Source of the DNA: Octopus sinensis | Lineage: Eukaryota | Direction of reading: 5' to 3' | DNA length: 64,000 nucleotides | Assembly (NCBI RefSeq): GCF_006345805.1 | Contig: NC_042999.1 | Span: 1,488,001-1,552,000 of the forward strand | Part shown: positions 54,488 through 64,000 of the stretch, one piece after another | Layout: each line of letters begins with the position of its first letter | How positions within the stretch are numbered: the stretch's first letter is position 1 | Program-made: the position numbers and the translations under genes | Notes under the pieces: model-generated | Database searches by the model: none | Told to the model about the DNA's origin: nothing | Seen by the model: the letters and a program-made list of their open reading frames with translations, nothing else

Positions 54488-54532
54488 TTTGTGCCGATGA
54501 AGGGAAATAACCTGGAAATCACGATACGCAGA
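54488..54532 (+). ncRNA. HHR motif in the right arm of the 54.2-54.7 kb fold-back (U4 to C)
   Basis: TTTGTG-CCGATGA-A-GGG(AAATAA)CCT-G-GAAATC-AC-GATA-CGCAGA. Confidence 0.45.
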
Positions 54533-54889
54533 TATTGTTTTGAGCTGAGTGAAGATGCTAGATTCCCTTGTTCAAAAATATAAGGACACAGATCATGTCA
54601 TATAGCCAGCTGGAGACGATGTCTCCTTGGGCTAAATTACAGTAACATTAGTCCTAAACTAGGACTGCCATGTTACGCTGGCAAACAATCTTTACTTCAA
54701 TAAACTTTGTGATAATCTTTGAGATAAATAGTATATTCCCTCTAATATGCATATATATATATATATATATTACGCCCAGATTTCATAATAATATGATATC
54801 TTGCTTCCCTAAAAACTGGGATAATTTGCATAGTTGGAGCAGATCCTTATGTGAAGAGATGAAAGAAGTAATTGATATTTAAGAGGTAG

Positions 54890-55390
54890 AAGACATGCAT
54901 CCTGCCTGACAAATTTAGAATTTGTTGCTCTTTAGATTGGCAGAGTTAGACAGAGCTACTTCAGCAAGCATTGAGTCAATGTTGCTGAAAGCTCAGTTAT
55001 GATATACTGGCTGTGTCATCAGAATGATTGACAACTTTATTATACCCAGACAACTGTTGTACAGTGAGCTCATACCAGGCTCATGCAAACAAGGTAAACC
55101 CAAACTGAAAAGCAGCCTCAAATGGAGCAGCAGAGGTTCATGCAAAATTGATCAACGTGGAGGTCTCTTACCTCATGAGAAGCAGGACTGGCGATAATGT
55201 CTCGATGCTGCAAAAGAAAGACATCACAGGGTAGCGTCTACATCAGCCTAATCAACAGACAGTTGTGATATCTGTGGGTACCTGTGTGCTTCCACTTTTG
55301 GACTGTAGAATCATATGCATTCTCATTGCTGAGAGCACAGACCTTGTTATCATCGGACACCGATGTTTAGCTGCTGCAGATCAATCAGTT
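54890..55390 (+). mobile_element. RTE (BovB-like) LINE 3' relic with a C-terminal C2H2-like finger
   Basis: SIESMLLKAQL; PRQLLYSELIPG..QGKPKL; CDICGYLCASTFGL*NHMHSH. Confidence 0.7.
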
Positions 55391-56189
55391 GCAAAACACA
55401 TTTCCCACTGTGAATGAAGCATTAACAGGAAACTTGCAGACCAACAACCAGCTTAAGCACCTTGATGTTCAGAACATGAAAGGCTGTTGATCAGTGTGCA
55501 GATGTGTGGAGAATAGCCTTTGTAAGAGAATGGCTGGATAATCTGACTGACCGGGAGATGGGGATAAAGTTGTTAAAGCTAAGTTTTGAAGTAAGAAATC
55601 AACCAAGGGTGTTTGGAGTGCTTGTATAACAGCCAAGGATACAAGTAGGTGATGGGCATGAAATGCTGTATGTGATTCAGATTCTATACAAGAATCATTA
55701 GTGTAGTCAGAATAAAACAATTAAGAATGGTTGCCAAGGCAGAAACCATCAAAGACAATAAATGTAGACGTTTGTACAAGGCAGGGATAAAACTAGTTTG
55801 TTAAGTAGATATTTAAGAAGATTCTTGTTAACGAGCAAGACAATTCGAAATTATTTGACTGCAAGTGTTTAATTACATATCATTGACATTCTTGTAATAA
55901 TAGACAAAACGGCTTTGTTACAACAACCATTTTTCCTGTTGTTTAAAAATTATTTGTCTGTTTTGTAATTGTTTTCAAGCAAAATGGCTGTTTTATTGCA
56001 TTCTTACTTCTCAAAGACTTTTTTGGTGCCAATGCACTAGACACATTGCAGAATCAGCAGGACTTAAGCAAAAATAAACAACATTCTAATAACATAGCTG
56101 CCCTGTCAGAATAAACAATTGAATAATTACACCAAAGAAATGTCGTTTGGTTTGTTCCACCCTTCTTGCTCAATGTCAAGATTAATAGA

Positions 56190-57324
56190 TTAGCATTTCA
56201 CACACACACACATAGGTGTGGGCATTTATTTAAGTGGCACAACCAAGGAGTCTCCTTTAGTTGTGCACCTAACATAAAAAGCATTTTAACAAGCATCCAC
56301 AAAGCAAAGGCGGAGGTAGGTTGCTCTTTAAGGTTATACAATAACGATCCAGTTGGAGGCCAATGCGAGGCTGAAGCAGTCGTCTACGAAGCTATGGTGA
56401 CACCTAGACATGCTATCTGCATTACCAGCAATAATGGCAGATTAACCACATATTATGTCTGTATAATCGCCACAGCCAGAGATAATGACCAGTCTGGGAC
56501 CAACGACCCCAGGACCACCACCTCAGATGATGACCAAACATTTATCATCAACACTATACTGTGCAGGAGGCACGTAAAAAGCACCCACTACACTCGCGGA
56601 GTGGTTGGCGTTAGGAAGGGCATCCAGCTGTAGAAACTCTGCCAGATCTGACTGGAGCCTGGTGCAGCCCCTGGCTTCCTAGACCCCGGTCGAACCGTCC
56701 AACCCGTGGTAGAGCGGAAAACGGACGTTAAACGATGATGATGATGATGATGACTAATGGAGTGACTGGCCCCATGCCATACGTTACCACAGTTGCACCC
56801 ACACTAATGTCAGTGGCATCAACGTCCACCATATGACCAGAAACGAAAACCACGGCAATAACAATACTGGATCATTGCACCATAACAACAACTTTAGCAA
56901 CGGTGTTACCAACAGCATCCCAAGGCCTGGAGCCTACCAGAGATATACCAAGAGTGCAAATATAGCCATCTCCCAAGTTTGCAAGTGTATCAGATCAGCC
57001 AGTACATCTTTCAAATGATGCTTCTGCAACCATTGGTCATCCTTCAGAGTACCTGAAAGACTTTTTATCACATCCCTAGCCAATCATGTGTGGAACCTCA
57101 AAGATCGAGGGACTCGGTGTGATATCAGATGGAAAATAATAGAACCTCCAGACCTATATATTAATGGGAGTGGCCATTGCAAAATCTACGTCACGGAGAA
57201 AAACAAAATTCTTAAGGACTATGCTAAACCTTATGTGTTAAATAACTGTAAAAAAATTTTCTCAAAATGTGTCCATTTCAAGCACCACCAGCTGGATAAC
57301 TCACTCTCCTCATTTACTGGTTAG
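56190..57324 (+). mobile_element. Penelope-like element relic (RT/GIY-YIG linker and GIY-YIG endonuclease), interrupted by a SINE
   Basis: Translations SFSCAPNIKSILTSIHK, GGQCEAEAVVYEAMVT and LANHVWNLKDRGTRCDIRWKII...TEKNKIL match the typical Penelope C-terminal motifs. Confidence 0.8.
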
Positions 57325-57745
57325 GCTTTTATGAGACTGAAAAGGCTTTTTATCCTCTGGTCCAGGGGAGAAAAACCAGCCTCATTAACGTTTTTATATA
57401 TTAGCTTTTACTCCTCATCCTAGCATTTCCTAACGAGGCAATATGTTATTTCCATGGAAATAATATGTGGAGTACTGTGACCTCTTGGCAGAAACAGCTG
57501 TAAGAAACTGTTCTTCTTTCTCTATTCTAAAAATTACTGGTACTTATGTATGTAAAACACAATCTTTACATATGAATATATGCTCCCATAATTGTTTATA
57601 ATAAATAAATAGACATAATATGTTGTCTAACAGGTTATGTATATTATCTCTGGATCCCCTCCATTTTCTTCTCATATGTTGATTCGTTAGCTACTGCACG
57701 CATTTTTTTTCTCTCCTTCTTTCTGTGTTTTTCTCTCTCTGTGTA

Positions 57746-57783
57746 TCTTTCTGTTGAAGAGCGTAGGCTCGAAACGTTAAAGA
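57746..57783 (+). ncRNA. Minimal HHR-like motif with U6 core (family E)
   Basis: TCTTT-CTGTTGA-A-GAGC(GTAG)GCTC-GAAAC-GTT-AAAGA. Confidence 0.6.
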
Positions 57784-57901
57784 CTTGTTTTATTTATATT
57801 TCCTGAGCGCCATAATAACAATTGTTTGTTTGTTTTCCACCTGCCTTCGTCTTTTGTTATTTTCATAAAGCTTCCCGTTATATATATAATATATATATAT
57901 A

Positions 57902-57966
<65 letters not shown>

Positions 57967-58248
57967 GTCATCATCATCATCATCATTTAATGTCTGTTGT
58001 CCATGCTGGCATGCTGGAAGGTTGCCCCAGGCTCCAATCTGATTTGGCTTGATCTTTTATGGATGGATGTCCTTCCTCACACCAACCACTCAAATGGTGC
58101 ATTTTATGTGCCACCAGGCAGCACTGGCATCAACTTGGCACTGTCCAAAAGTTGCTGTAATATGTTTCAGTACACCTGCACTCATTTGTTTTATAGTACA
58201 CACTGCCACACACACACACAGACTTACACGTATGCACATACAAACACG

Positions 58249-58287
<39 letters not shown>

Positions 58288-59602
58288 ACACACATATATA
58301 TATACACATATATGCATGTATATGTTAACACACATCAGTTTTAAAAATTAAAAGTGGTTTTTGAATTTATTTTACAGGCTGAGAAATCTGTGTACTTTAA
58401 GACAAAACCCAGACTTCTTTGCATGTTGCGTTGTTGTTGTTGATGATAATGATGATGATGATGATGATGACGACGAAGACAACGACAACGACGGCAATGA
58501 TGATGATGATGATGGTGGTGGTGGTGATGATGATGGTGGTGGTGGTGGTGGTGTGGTGGTGATGGTGGTGGTGGTGGTGGTGATGATGGTTGTGGTAGGT
58601 GTGGTGTGGTGGTGGTGAGGTGGTGGTGGTGTGGTGGTGTGTTGGTTGGTGGTGGTGGTGGTGGTGGTGGTGGTGGTGGTGGTGGTGTTGGTGGTGTTGT
58701 GGTGGTGTTGTGGTGGTGGTGGTGGTGGTGGTGGTGGTGGTGGTGTTGGTGGTGGTGGTGGTGTGTTGTGGTGGTGGTGGTGATGGTGGTGGTGTGGTGG
58801 TGGTGTGGTGTGATGGTTGTGGTAGTTGTGATTGATGGTGGTGGTGGTGGTGGTGGTTGTGATGATGCTGACGATCTTTATCTAAATCGAAATTGCTTAT
58901 CAAAGATTTTACCGAAAATTTTTCCCAGCAAAAGGGCAAGTTCATACATTTATTGCCAAATTGTAAAATTATCTGAACTTACTAGAAACTTGTAATTCAA
59001 CGCATTTAGTCCCTCCCCACCAACCCCCTGGCCCCACCCCCTAAATTGACTATAAAAGCGAAAAAGAAGAAAAGAAGAAAAAGCAAAAAAAAAACAAAGA
59101 AACTTGCTTAACTATATTGGCAGCAAAAAAAAAAAAAAAAATTGCCAACTCAACCAAGCAAACAGCTGAAGTAATTTTGAATACAAAATTCTCTTTGAAA
59201 GTAAATTGCAAAGATTAAATAAGGATTTTATTTATTTATTTATTTATTCTGTAGCCATCATTAGTTTTTTTTTGTTTTTGTTTTTTTAAGGGAAAAACAT
59301 GGAATTTAATTAATTCCCCTCGATACAGTACTTCAAAGGTTCCTTTTCTTAATTAGTTCCATTTTAAATTTCAGTTTCCAGAATTCTTCTTCAATAATTC
59401 TCTTTTACTCCTATCATTCATTCTCAATTCAATTGCTTGTGCTTCTTTACACACTTATTGCTGATCCCAAAATGCATGACCTATGACTTTCCGCTCGAAT
59501 AGTGAGTGGGAAACACTAAAATTTACAAATAAATTCAATACACACATACACACATATATACACACATATATATATACATACATGTATATATACATAAATA
59601 TA

Positions 59603-59770
59603 AGAGAGAAACCACTATGTGGAAACCCTTATGCAAGAAGAAGATCCGCTATGGTCTCAACCACTAAGAATTGTTCTCCAGAAAATTCTTAGTGGTGAAC
59701 AATTCTTAGTGGTTGAGACCATAGAGGATCTTCTTCTAGCATAAGGGTTTCCACATAGTGGTTCCCTCTA
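59603..59770. mobile_element. Hairpin MITE (arms about 70 bp)
   Basis: Near-perfect inverted repeat, seen directly in the sequence. Confidence 0.75.
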
Positions 59771-59949
59771 ATTATTTATGTATAAAATTCTATTTACTGA
59801 ATCTCAGTTTTTTATATGCTAGACCACTGGTGTTAAAATTGATGTTATCAAATTAATATCCAATTTTTCACCCTCATTTTGATTTACATTATATATATAT
59901 ATGCAAAAGTTCTATAATTATAAGCATAATTATAATTAAGGTTCAGCAA

Positions 59950-60350
59950 AATTTGCTACACCACATACCAAAATTTAGAAATAGCAGTTAAATACTATTC
60001 CACTACAGTAAGATATCTCCCAGACAGCAATACTCTACAACTCACGCAGGTAAAGATGGCTCTTGGTCGAGCTATTCAATGGCTATTCGATGGCGCTTGG
60101 TCGAGTATGTATGTTAATTATCAGTTCTCTCAAATTTAGAATTGAAATACTACACTGAAGAAGGGAATAAGTGAATAGAAATATGATTTTACATCTTTTT
60201 ACATCTCTTTAACCCAGAAACGCATATATAGTTAATCAAAGCCGGGTGGATTCGTTATTTTTTCTCTTTACCTGCGTGAGTTGTAGAGTATTGCTGAAGA
60301 ATAGTATTTTAACTGCTATTTCTAAATTTCAGTATGTGGTGAAGCAAATT
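59950..60350. repeat. Inverted repeat or fold-back element
   Basis: Arms 59950-60057 and 60265-60350. The left arm has an insertion of about 23 nt. Confidence 0.75.
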
Positions 60351-61066
60351 ACAGGGACATAAACATACCAGCAGCGGTTGTCAAGTGATATTGAGGGTGC
60401 AAACACAGATACACAAACATACACACAAACATACACACACACACACACACACACATATATCATCATCATCATTTTCATCATCGTTTAACATCTGTTTTCC
60501 ATGCTGGCATGAGTTGGATGGCTTAACTGAGGTCTGGAGAGCCAGTGCTTCACCATGCTCCAGTCTGATCTAGCAATGTTTCCACAGCTGGATGCTCTTC
60601 CTAATACCAACCACTCCAAGAGTGTAGTGGGTGCTTTTTACATGCCACTGGCACAGTTGCTGGTTAGGTAGGCCTGGCATCGATCATGTTTGGATGCTGC
60701 TTTTTATGTGCAACCAGCATGAGGGCCAGTCATGGGGTACTGGCATCGGCCATAATCAATTGGTGCTTCTTACATGCCACAGGAACAAGTGCCAGTCCGG
60801 TGGTATGGGCTTCTTCCAGTTTCTGTCTACCAAATCCACTCACAAGGCTTTGGTCGGCCCAAGGCTATAGTAAAAGACACTTGCCCAAAGTGCCATGCAG
60901 TGGGAATGAACCTGGAACCATGTGATTTGTAAGCAAGCTACTTACCACACATCCACGCCTGCACCCACAAAATTCAAACTCAGAACGTAGACACATGAAA
61001 CGCCACTAACTGTTTGGCCAGCATGCTAACAACTCTGCCAGCTCACCATCAAATAAGCTTTCTTAC

Positions 61067-61117
<51 letters not shown>

Positions 61118-61130
61118 CAATAACAACAAC

Positions 61131-61167
<37 letters not shown>

Positions 61168-61169
<2 letters not shown>

Positions 61170-61270
61170 CCATCAGAGCATCACAACAAATCACAACACA
61201 TACCCAAGGCACACAGAGCTGCGCTCGGTAGTGAAGTGAAAGCACGCTATAAAAATAAAACTACTGAATA
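61168..61270 (+). mobile_element. R4/Dong 3' UTR fragment in (TAA)n
   Basis: cccaaggcacacagagctgcgctcggtagtgaagtgaaagcac matches the 3' UTR of the 33.2 kb element. TAA repeats on both sides. Confidence 0.7.
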
Positions 61271-62478
61271 ATAATAATAATAATAAGAAGAAGAAGAAGA
61301 AGATTTTCTTTAAAGCAAGTAGTATTTAAATACCTTTTTGAATTTGAATTTAGCTTATATATATGTATATATATATGTATGTATATGTATATATGTATGT
61401 GTAATTATATGTATATGTATGGCTGTGTGTGTTTGTTCTCCACCGATGCTTGATAAATGCTGCAAGTCTGTTTACATCTCGGTAACTCAGCAGTTCAACA
61501 AAAGAGACTAATAGGACAAACACCAGACTTCAAAACGAATACTAACATCGATTTGTTTGACAAACTCCTTCAAGGCAATTTCCCAGCATGGCTGCCATCC
61601 AATGACTGAAACAAGAAAAAAATATAGTAAAAAAAAAAACTACCAATAAAAAAATTCAATCAAATAGTAAAAAAAAAAGATTTACTGTGATTTCTGAAAA
61701 AGATAGATAGATACATTTAACTGCAATTAAAAAGTAATTATTTCTTCTTGTCAAATGTAATCCATTGTGGTTGTGTTGTGTAAAATATGGTCAATGTATT
61801 ATATCTCAGTTCACTGAACTCTGATGTTCGTATGAATGATATTTCTCTTGCTTAAATGTCAAAATCATTTGTAAATAGCAAGCAAAGAGGAATTTTATTT
61901 CAGAAACTATTGATTCTTATGTGATGTTAATGCTTTCTGGTAATTGATGAATGAAAATGTAAAACTCTGGAAAATGTAAAGTGTAAATGTTCACTATTAT
62001 TTGTGCATCTAAGTGTATGGTTTTATATACTGTTACGAAGGCGAGAATAAAGTTCGAGCATGCTGTTTTGGCAGGCAATCATCTGCAGTGAATGGAAAAA
62101 ATAATCTGATAAATATAATTCTAAATGGTACTATTTTGAAATACTGGTCCTTAGTTCTACAACAAAAAGAAAAAAAAATGAATAATGGATCCGTAATCAA
62201 TTCTCATAAAAAATAAAGATTGTTGATCATGTGACTGGTTTAAAGCATGGTGCACATATTTTTGGTGTGCTTTTACTGTGAAAGGAATTATATAAAGTGG
62301 TGAATGAATGAATGGATGGTGGGCAGTTGGTGGTGTGAGCCACAGGACTGAAGTTGAGTGATGAAGAACTACAGCTGGTATGAGTAGTGGAAATGTGAAT
62401 AATGATTCATTGAAATATTTATGAAATTCCATTTTTGGGTTATTATTATTACCATATATATATATATATATATATATA

Positions 62479-62709
62479 TTTCTTTACTACCCACAAGGAG
62501 TTAAACACAGAGGGGGAAAACAAGGACAAACAAATGGATTAAGTCGATTACATCGACCCCAGTGTGTTACTGGTACTTAATTTATCGACCTCGAAAGGAT
62601 GAAAGGCAAAGTCAACCTCGGCGGAATTTGAACTCAGAACGTAACGGCAAACGAAATACGGCTACGCATTTCGCTCGGCGTGCTAACGTTTCTGCCAGCT
62701 CGCCGCCTT
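62479..62709 (-). mobile_element. Full-length SINE A. Other copies at about 10787, 27075-27465 (minus, two copies), 27965, 28790, 32828, 38363, 41570, 42595, 49867-50340 and 51658 (minus)
   Basis: Matches the family A consensus seen across the window. Confidence 0.9.
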
Positions 62710-63020
62710 TCAAAACATAACATAGACGCATATATATATATATCATCATCGTTTAACGTCCACTTCCCATGCTAGCATGGGTTAGACGATTTGACTGAGG
62801 TCTGGCAAACCAGATGGCTGCACCAGGCTCCAATCTGATCTGGCAGAGTTTCTACAGCTTGATGCCCTTCCTAATGCCAACCACTCCGAGAGTGTAGTGG
62901 GTGCTTTTACATGCCACCGACACTGGCAACAGCCATGCTCAAATGGTGTTTTTTACATGCCACCTGCACAGGAGTCAGTCCAGCGGCACTGACAATGACC
63001 TTGTGTGAATGTTTTTTCAC

Positions 63021-63270
63021 GTGTAAAACAATGTAATCTTCTCTTCAAGGAAATGAAGAAATAAAACTCACCAATAAGACATTTTAACAGAATATAATGA
63101 ATATGTATAGTAATTGTTGGGATTACACACAATACAATCCATTCACACACACAAACAAACACATACACACACACAATACCCTATACATATCCATCATATT
63201 CTGTTAAAATGTCTTATTGATGAGTTTTATTTCTTCATTTCCCTGAAGAGAAGATTACATTGTTTTACAC
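63021..63270. repeat. Inverted repeat, 90-bp arms around a (CA)-rich spacer
   Basis: 63021-63110 versus 63181-63270. Explains the twin ORFs IHxILLKCLIxEFYFFISLKRRLHCFT on opposite strands. Confidence 0.85.
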
Positions 63271-63574
63271 CATTGGTATTATTCCCTTGGAATAAGACCA
63301 ATGATATCTTCGAAACATGTGTTGGAAGTAAAAGAATTTGAATAACACCTGCATTTAACTCCATTTATTTATATATATTATACAAAATCCTCATCATCTT
63401 CATCATCGTTTAGCGTCCACTTTCCATGCTAGCATGGGTTGGACGGTTCAACTGGGGTCTGGGAAGCCAGAAGGATGCACCAGACCCAGTTTGATCTGGC
63501 AATGTTTCTACGGCTGGATGCCCTTCCTAACGCCAAACAAAATATTTCATGTAAACCTGGAGTTTCTACCTGTA

Positions 63575-63980
63575 AATGTAAAGCTTTGTATGAGCTTTGT
63601 TGTGTTAAGTACTGGTTATCACAAAAGTATTAAAATACATATATATACATTCTTTGATAATAATAATAAGAAATACAATCCCATACACACACATGTGCAC
63701 ACACGACACGCTGACAAATACTAATCACCCACATACACACACACACACACAAATACACACAAACATGCACACATATACACACACACCATCCTACCAAATA
63801 TAAAACACACAGAGACCCATATAAACTCTGGGACCAATCAAAAACGGCCCCCCCACACACACACACAAACACAAGCACATGTATATACACACATAGAGAC
63901 GTGCACAAAGAATGTATAACCGTATTTTAATACTTTTGTACTTAACACAACAAAGCTTATACAAAGCATTACATTTTCAT
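63575..63980. repeat. Inverted repeat, arms about 80 bp, around a (CA)-rich spacer
   Basis: 63575-63660 versus 63905-63980. Confidence 0.8.
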
Positions 63981-64000
63981 TATAACGCAGTTCAGCAAAA

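Larger units (their letters stand above)
54210..54695. mobile_element. Fold-back element (arms about 215 bp, spacer about 50 bp) with an HHR in each arm
   Basis: Long inverted repeat read directly from the sequence. Confidence 0.85.

Noticed and set aside
59478-59520. HHR-like CTATGA..CCGCTC/GAGTGG-GAAAC (also at 40040-40075)
   Set aside because: No NUH cleavage triplet or stem I can be formed, so these were not counted.

Overview
AT-rich, repeat-saturated eukaryotic DNA. The SINE families, simple-repeat load and transposon relics look like an Octopus (coleoid cephalopod) genome; this is inferred from sequence style, not from a database search. Nearly all ORF-track entries are microsatellite or SINE artefacts. 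Contents: (i) dozens of copies of at least four SINE families; (ii) decayed RTE, CR1/L2 and R4/Dong LINEs, a Penelope GIY-YIG relic, mariner relics, MITEs and a non-autonomous Helitron-like element; (iii) a 2.8-kb 19-bp minisatellite; (iv) a few short, splice-site-bounded open frames on the minus strand that may be exons of one unidentified long-intron gene. The most striking unexplained signal is about 16 minimal type I hammerhead-ribozyme (HHR) motifs from several distinct small-element families. These include a fold-back family with a compensatory U3-A8 core, a family with U at core position 6, and a composite with a tRNA-like head whose internal (TAA)n is itself targeted by R4/Dong LINEs. 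No tRNA or rRNA gene and no CRISPR array is supported.
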